Below, one piece after another: positions 8,856 through 17,358 of a DNA stretch of 30,333 nucleotides. Source of the stretch: Bdellovibrio sp. (GTDB lineage Bacteria; Bdellovibrionota; Bdellovibrionia; Bdellovibrionales; Bdellovibrionaceae); assembly GCA_046318155.1 (NCBI GenBank), contig JBKCUU010000066.1, forward strand, positions 1 through 30,333, in the 5' to 3' direction. The notes below the pieces were generated by a model that was given only the letters and a program-made list of their open reading frames with translations, was not told where the DNA came from and searched no databases. Position 1 is the stretch's first letter. Every line of letters starts with the position of its first letter. The position numbers and the translations under genes are program-made.

Positions 8856-9029
8856 ATGTCCAATAAAGAACAAAGTTTTAGCTACCGTGATCGCTTTGCA
8901 GATCCGGGTTGGCCTGGCTCCATGTTTGCTTCTGCGGGCGGGGATCACGATCTGAATAATCTTCGAGCACTTTGCAAGAAGCACAACCTGCATCGGTACC
9001 ATCAACAGGCGCAGCGACGGTTTTTCTAG
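8856..9029 (+). pseudogene. Remnant of an HNH endonuclease gene (C-terminal part)
   Basis: FASAGGDHDLNNLRALCKKHNLHRY fits the GG-x5-NL-x2-LC-x2-HN half of the HNH motif. The upstream D-H and CxxC are absent in frame, and there is no properly spaced SD. Confidence 0.6.
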
Positions 9030-9146
9030 CTCTTGACGAACGCATAAATAAAGACGCCGAGGACGATGGAATTGCTAAGCGAAAAATGGCGCACAAAGAA
9101 CCGCCACGTGGTTCTTTCTCGAATGACGTCTAGAGTGACGTCTAGA
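9029..9146 (+). repeat. Palindromic dispersed repeat, copy 2 (internally deleted), between convergent genes
   Basis: 9029-9100 matches the reverse complement of 72-143 (64/72). A short hairpin AAAGAACC-GCCACGT-GGTTCTTT follows, retaining the GCCACGT core. It ends in the direct repeat TGACGTCTAGA x2 (9124-9146), which includes the glpK stop. Confidence 0.8.
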
Positions 9147-10629
9147 ATGCTTTCTTAACGGCCGCTTGCCACTTGATCAGTCGCTCTTTTCGATCTTTGA
9201 GCGTCATCTTCGACGCAAATGTTCGGTCCATCTTCCAGACTTTTTTGATCTCATCTAAAGACTTCCAGTAACCAACGCCAAGACCCGCCAAGTAGGCCGC
9301 GCCCATGGACGTCGTTTCGACCGACTGGGGACGAACGACATCGGCACCCATGTAGTCGGCTTGCAACTGCATGAGCAGGTTGTTGGCCGAAGCTCCGCCA
9401 TCGACTCGTAAACTTTTCATTTTTTTTCCCAAATCCCTTTGCATCGCAATCAGGATCTCACAATTTTGCAAAGCCATCGCCTCGAGAGTGGCCCGGGCAA
9501 TTTGAGCGCGCGTCGTTCCGCGCGTGAGTCCCGTGATGGTTCCTCGAGCCTCGGGACGCCAGTAAGGTGCACCCAATCCCGTCAATGCCGGAACAAACTC
9601 AACACCGTCTGTGGTTTTTGCTGAATTGGCGAGAGCTTCGATTTCGGAACTGCTCTTGATCATTCCCAATCCATCGCGAAGCCACTGAACTGCGGCGCCG
9701 CAAACGAAGGCACCGCCCTCAAGCGCGTACTGAGTTTTCTGGCGAGGTAACCGCCACCCGACCGTCGTCAAGAGTCCGCTTTTTGAGGAGACAATTTTTG
9801 AGCCCGTATTCATTAGCAAAAAACTCCCGGTTCCGTACGTACACTTTGACTCCCCCGCTTGCCAGCAGGTTTGTCCAAAGAGTGCCGCCTGCTGATCGCC
9901 CGCCACGCCCGCGATTGGGATCCCATCGGGCAAGACGCCCAGGCCTTTGGTGCGCGCCAGGATCCCACTTGAATCCGTAATCGTCGGAAGCATCTCGCGG
10001 GGCACACCTAAAATTTTGAGAAGCTGCGGATCCCAGTCCGTCGATGTCAAATCCATCATCAAGGTCCGCGAGGCATTGCTCACATCCGTGACGTGGGCAT
10101 CTCCTTTGGAGAGCCGCCAAATCAAAAATGAATCGATCGTACCCGCGCGCAAATCTCCTCGTTGCAAGATCTCTTTGCAAGCCGGGACGTTTTGAAGAAT
10201 CCACCGAATTTTTGTTCCCGAAAAATACGGATCTAAAACAAGCCCTGTCTTTTTCTTAAAAATTTTCTCGTACCCCGCTTTTTTGAGCTTGGCGCAGATC
10301 TCTTGAGTGCGGCGGCATTGCCAGACAATGGCGTTCATCACGGGCTTCTTGCTTTTTGCATCCCACACAACCACGGTTTCGCGCTGATTGGTGATCCCGA
10401 TGGCCGCAATCTGGCGCTCTTGCACTTGCGCCTTCATCAAAACCTGCGGAATCAACTGCTCGACTGTCCCCCAAATGTCGTCGGGATTGTGCTCAACCCA
10501 GCCGGGACGAGGAAAAATTTGCTTAAAATCTTGGTCTGCAGAGGCGACCAGACTTCCGGAGAGGTCCATCAAACTCACCGTTGTTCCCGTTGTGCCTTGA
10601 TCGATCGCCATGATATAACTTGCTGGCAT
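9142..10629 (-). CDS. glpK: Glycerol kinase
   Basis: AIDQGTTG, PGWVEH, ITNQRET, AIVWQCRR, DPYFSGTK, TDVSNASRT, GDQQAALFG, KCTYGTG, GLGAPYW and RVDGG. Start ATG 10629 with GGAG SD. Confidence 0.96.
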   Translation of the reverse strand: MPASYIMAIDQGTTGTTVSLMDLSGSLVASADQDFKQIFPRPGWVEHNPDDIWGTVEQLIPQVLMKAQVQERQIAAIGITNQRETVVVWDAKSKKPVMNAIVWQCRRTQEICAKLKKAGYEKIFKKKTGLVLDPYFSGTKIRWILQNVPACKEILQRGDLRAGTIDSFLIWRLSKGDAHVTDVSNASRTLMMDLTSTDWDPQLLKILGVPREMLPTITDSSGILARTKGLGVLPDGIPIAGVAGDQQAALFGQTCWQAGESKCTYGTGSFLLMNTGSKIVSSKSGLLTTVGWRLPRQKTQYALEGGAFVCGAAVQWLRDGLGMIKSSSEIEALANSAKTTDGVEFVPALTGLGAPYWRPEARGTITGLTRGTTRAQIARATLEAMALQNCEILIAMQRDLGKKMKSLRVDGGASANNLLMQLQADYMGADVVRPQSVETTSMGAAYLAGLGVGYWKSLDEIKKVWKMDRTFASKMTLKDRKERLIKWQAAVKKAF

Positions 10630-10663
10630 TGCCGTTCTCCCCACCCATCGGGCTAGAGGAATC

Positions 10664-11434
10664 ATGATCAATTTCTTTCAAAAACCCAAGCTCAAAATCT
10701 TTGGCCTCAAAGAGCTTGACCGAGAGACGTTGATCTATCGAGTGATGCCGCATCTCTTAATGGAGATTATGCGCAAGTACTTTCGACTCGAGATCGAAGG
10801 TCTCGAAAATGTGCCGAAACGCGGCGCCGCCTTGATTTGCCCGAACCACTCGGGGTACTCGGGATTTGACGCCCTCTTGCTCGCGCATATATTAAATAAA
10901 GATCTCAAACGCATCCCGCGCGTACTTACCCATCACCTTTGGTTTTTAACAAAAACGACGGCAATCCCGGCGCAAAAAATGGGCTTTACCGAAGCCACGT
11001 TTGAAAATGGTGTCAGCGCTCTTGAGAAAAATAACCTCGTCGTGGTTTTTCCAGAAGGTGAAAAAGGAAACTTCAAGCCCACATCAAAGATGTACGAGCT
11101 GCAGGAGTTTCGTCGTGGGTTTGTTCGCATGGCTCTTGAGACTCAATCCCCGATCGTGCCGGTTCTGATCATCGGCGCCGAGGAGACGCACATTAACCTC
11201 AGTCAACTCAAGTTCACCAAGTACCTTCGAGGGCTGGTGCTCCCGCTGCCTTTGAACGTCCTTCCTCTGCCGGTCAAATGGAAAATCAAGTTCTTGCCGC
11301 CGATTTACTTGCCTTACAAGAAATCGGCCGCTGAAGATCGCGATTTGGTTCTCGAGATCGCCTCTGAAGTGCAAGAGCAAATGCAAGACGCTCTCACGGA
11401 TGAAGTGCAAAAGCGCGGCGGCGTTTTTCTTTAA
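10664..11434 (+). CDS. Lysophospholipid acyltransferase family protein (PlsC-like)
   Basis: NHSGYSGFD (acyltransferase NH motif), FPEGEKG and RRGFVRMAL...PIVPV. GAGGA SD. Confidence 0.85.
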   Translation: MINFFQKPKLKIFGLKELDRETLIYRVMPHLLMEIMRKYFRLEIEGLENVPKRGAALICPNHSGYSGFDALLLAHILNKDLKRIPRVLTHHLWFLTKTTAIPAQKMGFTEATFENGVSALEKNNLVVVFPEGEKGNFKPTSKMYELQEFRRGFVRMALETQSPIVPVLIIGAEETHINLSQLKFTKYLRGLVLPLPLNVLPLPVKWKIKFLPPIYLPYKKSAAEDRDLVLEIASEVQEQMQDALTDEVQKRGGVFL

Positions 11435-12291
11435 TTGGTTTGCTGAGACATCTCAAAGGCGGACTGAATGATCCAGTTTCGCATGCTGGCAACACTGATA
11501 TAGACAGAATCCCCGCGGCAGGTCGCAAAGTTGGTTCCGTTATGCACTGTTGAGGCGGTGCCCATGATGATAAAACCCGCCGCATTCTGAACGATCATCG
11601 GTCCACCCGAGTCGCCGACGCAAATGCCCGTGCCTTTGGTTTGATTCAGCATCAAGAAGTTCGGATCACCGACCTCTTTGCGTTCAACAATCGCACTTTT
11701 GAGTGCCTGATCGCCCGTCACCAATCTAGTCTTGGAGTCGTATGATTCAAAGCCATATCCAACCACGTAGGCTTTTGAGATTTGGCTGATGGGAAAGTTT
11801 TCGGTGGCGAGCTGCAGGTGGCGGTAGTGAGAAGGGGCACTGGATTCGATTCTTAAGACGGCGATATCGAAAGGATTTGCTCGCGTAAGATCACCTTTAG
11901 CTTCTTCGTATTTTTCGTGGACAATCACGTCCGAGACGCGCCGAATATTTTTAGCGGGAACGTTCGCGACATCTTCCATTGAGGTTGTGAAGTAGATTTT
12001 CATCGAGGCTTTGTCTTTAGGAACGCAATGAGCGGCTGTTAACAAAGTCTGTTCATTGATCAGAGCCGCGGTGCAACTGCCCATGCCACCATCATCGAGC
12101 CTGTAACGAAGTCCTGCCACATAACGAGTGAGGGCCATTTCGGGGGTCATGCGCGTTCCTCCGAAAACACCCTGTTCGTCACCAACGGCTGTCCACGCGT
12201 TGCTCGAACCAGGGGCACCTTGCTGTCCACAGGCCACGAGAAAGCTCAAAACGAGAAAAGTAAAAATCGATTTTTGCCAAACTTTTGCCAC
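11431..12291 (-). CDS. S1 (trypsin-fold) serine protease, predicted lipoprotein
   Basis: LVAC lipobox; catalytic triad motifs LTAAHC, DIAVL and CVGDSGGP. GTG start with GGAGG SD. Confidence 0.9.
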   Translation of the reverse strand: MAKVWQKSIFTFLVLSFLVACGQQGAPGSSNAWTAVGDEQGVFGGTRMTPEMALTRYVAGLRYRLDDGGMGSCTAALINEQTLLTAAHCVPKDKASMKIYFTTSMEDVANVPAKNIRRVSDVIVHEKYEEAKGDLTRANPFDIAVLRIESSAPSHYRHLQLATENFPISQISKAYVVGYGFESYDSKTRLVTGDQALKSAIVERKEVGDPNFLMLNQTKGTGICVGDSGGPMIVQNAAGFIIMGTASTVHNGTNFATCRGDSVYISVASMRNWIIQSAFEMSQQTN

Positions 12292-12319
12292 AGGCCCTCC
12301 CGGGGACAGCTCTCAGCGA

Positions 12320-12335
12320 AGCAATTCACATTCCC
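12320..12335 (-). promoter_or_regulatory. Possible sigma54 (-24/-12) promoter for the third protease gene
   Basis: Minus strand GGGAATGTGAATTGCT has GG and TTGC at canonical GG-N10-GC spacing. The implied TSS lies just upstream of the SD. Confidence 0.3.
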
Positions 12336-12387
12336 TTCGAATGACCCCTAAAGCTCAGCTCAGATCAAAAAAGCCAGACAGGTGACA

Positions 12388-13236
12388 CTATTTGGCAACG
12401 CGGAGGGCAGCTTCGGAGCGGATATCTTGGTTGGCAGATTGAAGCCAGGCCTTGTGATAGACAACGTTTTGATAGACGCCGTAACCCATGCAAGGTGCTT
12501 TTTGATTGGCCGGGTTTGTCACCAAGTTCGCGACGCCCACGACTTCAAAAGTGGGTCCCACTTTTCTCAGCAGTGGTCCCCCTGAATCGCCCGAGCAAAC
12601 TCCCCGTTCAGATTTCTGACTGACGACAATGATTTCAGACTTCTCGGAGTAGCGAGGAGAAATTTGCTGGCCATTCAATTTCAAGCTCAGCTTGATCGCA
12701 ACGGTTCGCAAAATTTCTTCGGGCTCTTCAGCGATGAAAAAGTCTTTGGTTTTTCCATAACCGGCCGCGACCAAGTCAGTACGAGGGCTTAGATTATTCA
12801 TGGCCGCCGCAACTTGAAGAGGTTTGATTGCGGGATCAACGGACCTTTCAAGCTGAATCAAAGCGATGTCATTGTAGACGCTTCCATCTACGACCGCGTA
12901 ATCTTCATGCGAACGCAGGACGGCCGTTTTGAATTTGTCAAAACCGCCATTTGCTTTACGCACGTGAACGGTGAGAGTCGCGCTTTCACCTCTGTCATCC
13001 AAAAGCTCGACACAGTGACTGGCGGTCAAAACCAAATCGGGTTCGATCAACGTTCCGGTGCAACGCTCATCATTTGAAATCTCAATCAAAACTATGGCGC
13101 GGGCCCACAATTGGTCATCGCGGACGATCTGTCCACCCATAATCTCGGTCACCGCCGACTGCAAACGCGCCTCTTCATAGGCCTCTTGCGCACAGGCGGC
13201 CAAACTTAAAAGCGCCAGAGCAAAAATCCACTTCAT
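12388..13236 (-). CDS. S1 (trypsin-fold) serine protease, predicted lipoprotein
   Basis: LAAC lipobox; IMGG activation-like motif; LTASHC, NDIALI and CSGDSGGP. ATGA overlap with the upstream protease. Confidence 0.9.
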   Translation of the reverse strand: MKWIFALALLSLAACAQEAYEEARLQSAVTEIMGGQIVRDDQLWARAIVLIEISNDERCTGTLIEPDLVLTASHCVELLDDRGESATLTVHVRKANGGFDKFKTAVLRSHEDYAVVDGSVYNDIALIQLERSVDPAIKPLQVAAAMNNLSPRTDLVAAGYGKTKDFFIAEEPEEILRTVAIKLSLKLNGQQISPRYSEKSEIIVVSQKSERGVCSGDSGGPLLRKVGPTFEVVGVANLVTNPANQKAPCMGYGVYQNVVYHKAWLQSANQDIRSEAALRVAK

Positions 13237-14204
13237 CGCAGCCGCCCGCGAGAATTGCTGATCAACCAGTCTTTGTAAGCAGAGATGCGAGTGTAGGCGA
13301 TACGCGAGTGGCAGCTAAATGCCCCGAAGTCTTTATTGTAAACGAAAGAAGCGACCCCGACTGAAGTGAGGAGGCCATTTTTTTGAATCATGGCAGGTCC
13401 GCCCGAATCGCCCGAGCAACCCGCCGATGTTTCGTCATTGCGCAAGAGCAAGAATGCACCATCAAAGCGGTTTGAAATCATTTGTCCACGGAGGTTAAAA
13501 GACTCGGCGGCCTCAACGGGACGCAAGCGTGAAAATCTGAGGACCGCATCACTTTTATCCTGCTCATGCACATCGGAAGTTCGTCCATACCCCGCAACAA
13601 AGACAGCCGAGTCCGCTGCGACCGCTTCGGGCTCAAGGGCGATTCGCATCGGGCGCATCGGCGCTTCCACCTGGCGAGACAGAAAGATTAAAGCCATGTC
13701 GTTAACTTTGCGTTCATTACTGTAACTAGGGTGAACGACAACCTCGCTTGCTTCAAACGCGATCGACATTTTTTTTTGGCCTAAGATCGCACAAACCGGA
13801 TCGACCGACGCAAACACCATAGTCTTCGAGCGGCGTTCCTCCACGGAGAGACCAGGCTCATAACGGACGCAGTGAGCGGCGGTCAAAACCAAGTCTTTCG
13901 CGATCAGAAGACCCGTGCAGATCGTACCGCCATCGCCGCCTGAACCGGCGCCGCGCGTGTAGATCATCACTGTGCTTAAGGCAATTCGTGAATTGGGCTT
14001 TAAAGTTTTGCCGTTAATGATTCCAGACACGTCCGAGGGGCCTGAGGCTTCACCCGAAATTTGACAACCAGCATAGTCGCGCGCTTGGTCGTCGGCACCT
14101 TTTGATGTGTCGAAGGATGACGAGCATGACACCGTCAAGCTCGCAGCGCAAACGCCGGCGAGCATGAGAAGTTTCGAAGAAATTTTGAGGTCACGCCTGC
14201 TCAT
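13233..14204 (-). CDS. S1 (trypsin-fold) serine protease, predicted lipoprotein
   Basis: LTVSC lipobox-like; IING motif; LTAAHC, NDMALI and CSGDSGGP. Confidence 0.9.
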   Translation of the reverse strand: MSRRDLKISSKLLMLAGVCAASLTVSCSSSFDTSKGADDQARDYAGCQISGEASGPSDVSGIINGKTLKPNSRIALSTVMIYTRGAGSGGDGGTICTGLLIAKDLVLTAAHCVRYEPGLSVEERRSKTMVFASVDPVCAILGQKKMSIAFEASEVVVHPSYSNERKVNDMALIFLSRQVEAPMRPMRIALEPEAVAADSAVFVAGYGRTSDVHEQDKSDAVLRFSRLRPVEAAESFNLRGQMISNRFDGAFLLLRNDETSAGCSGDSGGPAMIQKNGLLTSVGVASFVYNKDFGAFSCHSRIAYTRISAYKDWLISNSRGRLR

Positions 14205-14446
14205 CAGTCTTCTCTTTCATTTTGAAGCCGTCTTAATGTAATCGAAAAAAATGCTTTTTGGAACTGTACAAGAGTTCGACGGCGATTGACCTCGAAAACA
14301 CCCTCGTAGTCCCCGCCAGTTTGAGAAGAAAAGATTTTGCGCCAAACTCATCAAGGAGTTACAAATTTTGTCATGGCTCTTCACGCCCTGTTTGAACAAT
14401 TTCCGATGCCACAACTTAGTCCCGATCACTTTAATGAATCCATTAA

Positions 14447-14491
14447 GCACTCGAGCAATCAAGTGCAAGGCACTCCAGATAAGTGAGTGCC
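14447..14491. promoter_or_regulatory. Tandem inverted repeats, one with CIRCE (HrcA operator) geometry; alternatively terminator hairpins
   Basis: GGCACTC-N9-GAGTGCC (14469-14491) and GCACTC-N8-AAGTGC (14447-14466). The CIRCE consensus is TTAGCACTC-N9-GAGTGCTAA. Confidence 0.4.
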
Positions 14492-14496
14492 GAGCA

Positions 14497-14694
14497 TCAG
14501 TTGCTCCTTTTATTGGGATCGTCCTCGCCGACCTCTTCCAATAAAGATTGCCACTTTTTCATCAAGAAGCCGGGACTCGAAGGGTCGCGGCTCACAACGG
14601 TTTTCATAACAATTGAAGCAAGACCCAAGGCGACGACCAAAAGCAAAACATACTCGATGATCACTTGACCTGATTGCGAGCGGCGCGCGCCCAA
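14497..14694 (-). CDS. Small Flp/TadE-like prepilin (class III signal peptide)
   Basis: Basic leader RRSQSG|QVIIEY followed by a hydrophobic helix, with Glu+5 and Tyr+6. Start placed at TTG 14694, after the upstream TAA and AAGG; the ORF track starts at 14745. Confidence 0.7.
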   Translation of the reverse strand: MGARRSQSGQVIIEYVLLLVVALGLASIVMKTVVSRDPSSPGFLMKKWQSLLEEVGEDDPNKRSN

Positions 14695-14701
14695 GGGAGC
14701 C

Positions 14702-15133
14702 TTAGAGTTCGGCGCGCACGAGATTGGCTTCGGTTCGAGCGGCAACGACAGTCTCCCAGTGATTCAGACAACGAACCACCTCATTGAGAACGCCGATCAG
14801 TTGCTCGTCATCAAAAGGTCCGTTGATACCTAAAAGTGTATCGTCTCCGAGCTGATCTTCAATAACAAACTCTTGTGAGCCCTCAAACGACATTTGAAAT
14901 GAATCTGTTGAGGGGTAGATCAGGACCAGCAGATTCATCCCAAAGCTCTTGTGAAGTTCTTTCGCCTTTGCCAACATATCTGGATATTTTTGCTGAAGGC
15001 TGAAGTAAATCTTCAAGGCCAAAGACTCGTGCATTTGCGAGAAGTAGATTCGAACCGGTCCATCAAAGATAGCCGAGTTAAATGCTGGACTAAAAAATCT
15101 GGATTGCATCAAATTCGAATAGCTGGCCTTCAT
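14702..15133 (-). CDS. Hypothetical protein
   Basis: 143-aa ORF that fills the gap, with GAGGGG SD before ATG 15133. No family recognised. Confidence 0.75.
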   Translation of the reverse strand: MKASYSNLMQSRFFSPAFNSAIFDGPVRIYFSQMHESLALKIYFSLQQKYPDMLAKAKELHKSFGMNLLVLIYPSTDSFQMSFEGSQEFVIEDQLGDDTLLGINGPFDDEQLIGVLNEVVRCLNHWETVVAARTEANLVRAEL

Positions 15134-15217
15134 CGCCGTCCCCCCTCGAGTCACAGACTTAGACTAGAAACGCTCCGAGGCAGAAATCAAAGACATTTTT
15201 AAGGAAATGACAGATTT

Positions 15218-16540
15218 CTAATGAATTCCTGACGCGCCACAGATAAGTCGTCCTTCGCGCCAAACACTTGTGACCGGGTGATGGCCGATCGAATAAAAAA
15301 GCGAGCGCCAATCTTCAGCGAGGACGACAAAGTCGGCAAACTTCCCCGCCTCGAGTGACCCAATTTCAGCTTGAAGTTTTAAAGCGCAAGCGGCGTTGTA
15401 AGTCAGCGCGGCCCAGACTTCAGGGAGTGTCATTTTCATTTCGAGCCGAGCCAGCAAACCCACCAGAGAGAGGTCCTGAGTCGGCGAGGTGCCAGGATTA
15501 AAGTCAGTGGCAAGAGCCACCCTCCCGCCCGCGTCGAGCAAAGCCCGAGCTGGGGGATAAGCGCATCGCATATACAGATCCGCGGCCGGCAAACAAACGG
15601 CGGTGGTTGAACTTTGAGCCAGGTTTTGAATTTGCTTTGGATCCAACTGAATCACGTGGTCGGCACTGCAAGCCCCTAGCTCGACAGCCAAACTTGTTCC
15701 GCCCGAAAGCGACAATTGATCGGCATGGATCGTGAGATCAAAGCCGAGTGCCTGCGCTTTTGCCAAAAAAGGCGCCGCCATCTCGGCGGTGAAGAAACCT
15801 TTTTCGATAAAAATATCCACGCGCTGAGCGAGTTTCTTTTTTTTAATTTTCGGTAGAAGCGTCGTTAAAAACTGCAAGTAGGCTGCCGGCGTCTTAAACT
15901 CGGGCGGCAGTGCGTGCGCACCCAAAAACGTCGAGATGATTCGGGGCCCCTGAATCGCCTGCTGGACCTGTAAAGTTTTGAGTTCATCTTTTTCATTCAG
16001 CGCGTATCCCGTTTTAACCTCTAAGGTGGTGACACCTTGGCCCATGAAGCGATCAGCCCGCAACTGGGCAAGCTTCAAAAGTGCGGCTTTTGAAGCCGAG
16101 CGCGTCGCCTTCATCGTTGCCAAGATCCCGCCCCCACGTGCCGAGATCTCTTGATAACTCACCCCGCGGTTGCGCTCTTCAAATTCAGAGGCGCGTTCAC
16201 CCGCAAAAACAAGATGCGTGTGGCACTCAACAAATCCAGGAACAACGGCTGCGGCCTTCAAATCAATTTTTTTGCGAATCCGTTTCTGCAGCTCGCGCGG
16301 AATTTTGCTTTCAGCACCAGCCCAAACCAGACGGCCTCCTTGAATGAGCAAGGCCCCGTTGTTGATGAGCCCTACATCCGCATCTTGAATTGACCGACCT
16401 TGCTTTTGCGCCACGCCCGCCATCGTCACCAACTCTTTGATGCCATGAAAGAGGGTGAGCTTTTGCTCGAATCGATTTTTAGCTGCCCGATTTTTGGCTG
16501 CCCGATTTTTGGCTGCAGATGAGGCCGAGGCTTTTGTCAT
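15218..16540 (-). CDS. hutI: Imidazolonepropionase
   Basis: [55 protein letters not shown] and [16 protein letters not shown] overlap with the gpmA stop. Confidence 0.94.
   Translation of the reverse strand: MTKASASSAAKNRAAKNRAAKNRFEQKLTLFHGIKELVTMAGVAQKQGRSIQDADVGLINNGALLIQGGRLVWAGAESKIPRELQKRIRKKIDLKAAAVVPGFVECHTHLVFAGERASEFEERNRGVSYQEISARGGGILATMKATRSASKAALLKLAQLRADRFMGQGVTTLEVKTGYALNEKDELKTLQVQQAIQGPRIISTFLGAHALPPEFKTPAAYLQFLTTLLPKIKKKKLAQRVDIFIEKGFFTAEMAAPFLAKAQALGFDLTIHADQLSLSGGTSLAVELGACSADHVIQLDPKQIQNLAQSSTTAVCLPAADLYMRCAYPPARALLDAGGRVALATDFNPGTSPTQDLSLVGLLARLEMKMTLPEVWAALTYNAACALKLQAEIGSLEAGKFADFVVLAEDWRSLFYSIGHHPVTSVWREGRLICGASGIH
16473..16517. repeat. 15-bp tandem repeat x3 in the hutI 5' end, encoding (AAKNR)3
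   Basis: CGATTTTTAGCTGCC CGATTTTTGGCTGCC CGATTTTTGGCTGCA. Confidence 0.92.
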
Positions 16541-17289
16541 TTTGGCTTGGCTTTGCCTTGGTTTGAAACCGTCTCCATGGCCGCCTTCACCATCTCGGCG
16601 TCGCCGAGATATTCTTTTTTGATCACTTTTAAATCCCCATCCAATTCATAAAGAAGCGGAATCCCCGTGGGGACATTCACTTCCATGATTTGCTCGGACG
16701 TGAGGCCTTCAAGATACTGAATCAAGGCTCGTAAGCTATTGCCGTGGGCCACGAGCAAAAGACGCTCGCCCTTTTGAATGCGCGGAGCGAGCTCTTGTTT
16801 CCACAAAGGAAGAAAGCGGGCGACGGTGTCTTTGAGTGATTCACCACTCGGGAGTTCAGATGGACTCACATGACGGTAACGAGGATCATGCATCGGATGG
16901 CGTGCATCTTCTTTGGGCATCATCGGAGGAGGCGTGTCATAGCTTCGGCGCCAAATTTTGACCTGCTCTTCGCCATGACGGGCCGCAGTCTCGGATTTAT
17001 TCAAACCTTGAAGACCGCCGTAGTGTCTCTCATTCAGCCGCCAACTTCGCGACACCGAAAGCCAAAGCATATCCATTTCTTCGAGCACCAACCAGTGCGT
17101 ACGGATCGCGCGTTTGAGCACCGAGGTGTAGGACGCATCAAACTGAAATCCCAACTTTTTAAGAGTTTGACCGGAGGCTCGAGCTTCTGCTCGACCTTTT
17201 TCTGTGAGATCAACGTCCTGCCATCCGGTGAATCGATTTTCTTGGTTCCAGGTGCTCTCTCCGTGCCTGATCAGGACCAGCTTATGCAT
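16537..17289 (-). CDS. gpmA: 2,3-bisphosphoglycerate-dependent phosphoglycerate mutase
   Basis: [38 protein letters not shown] and [18 protein letters not shown]. Confidence 0.97.
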   Translation of the reverse strand: MHKLVLIRHGESTWNQENRFTGWQDVDLTEKGRAEARASGQTLKKLGFQFDASYTSVLKRAIRTHWLVLEEMDMLWLSVSRSWRLNERHYGGLQGLNKSETAARHGEEQVKIWRRSYDTPPPMMPKEDARHPMHDPRYRHVSPSELPSGESLKDTVARFLPLWKQELAPRIQKGERLLLVAHGNSLRALIQYLEGLTSEQIMEVNVPTGIPLLYELDGDLKVIKKEYLGDAEMVKAAMETVSNQGKAKPK

Positions 17290-17318
17290 TTGAACTCCTT
17301 AGGTATCAGGGCTATCAT
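17290..17318 (+). promoter_or_regulatory. Putative sigma70 promoter for sucA-sucB-lpdA
   Basis: TTGAAC-N17-TATCAT in the 69-bp divergent gap, overlapping the gpmA SD on the opposite strand. Confidence 0.45.
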
Positions 17319-17358
17319 GAAGCCGTTCATCTTGACGAGTGAAAAGCGAGGTTTTTTC

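Noticed and set aside
8350..8955. 201-aa alternative-frame ORF overlapping the SRPBCC-like gene
   Set aside because: Ser/Arg/Pro-rich off-frame composition overlapping a better ORF that has a signal peptide.
14330..14415. Sigma54 promoters at TGGCAT/TGGCGC on the minus strand
   Set aside because: No GC at the required -12 spacing.
14217..14468. 83-aa ORF in the intergenic region upstream of the proteases
   Set aside because: Non-ATG start inside a hairpin, no convincing SD and no motifs; more likely regulatory DNA.
16870..17358. 163-aa N-terminal extension of SucA from the ORF track
   Set aside because: It overlaps gpmA on the opposite strand. SucA-like sequence starts at GTG 17359, which has an SD and a promoter-like element.
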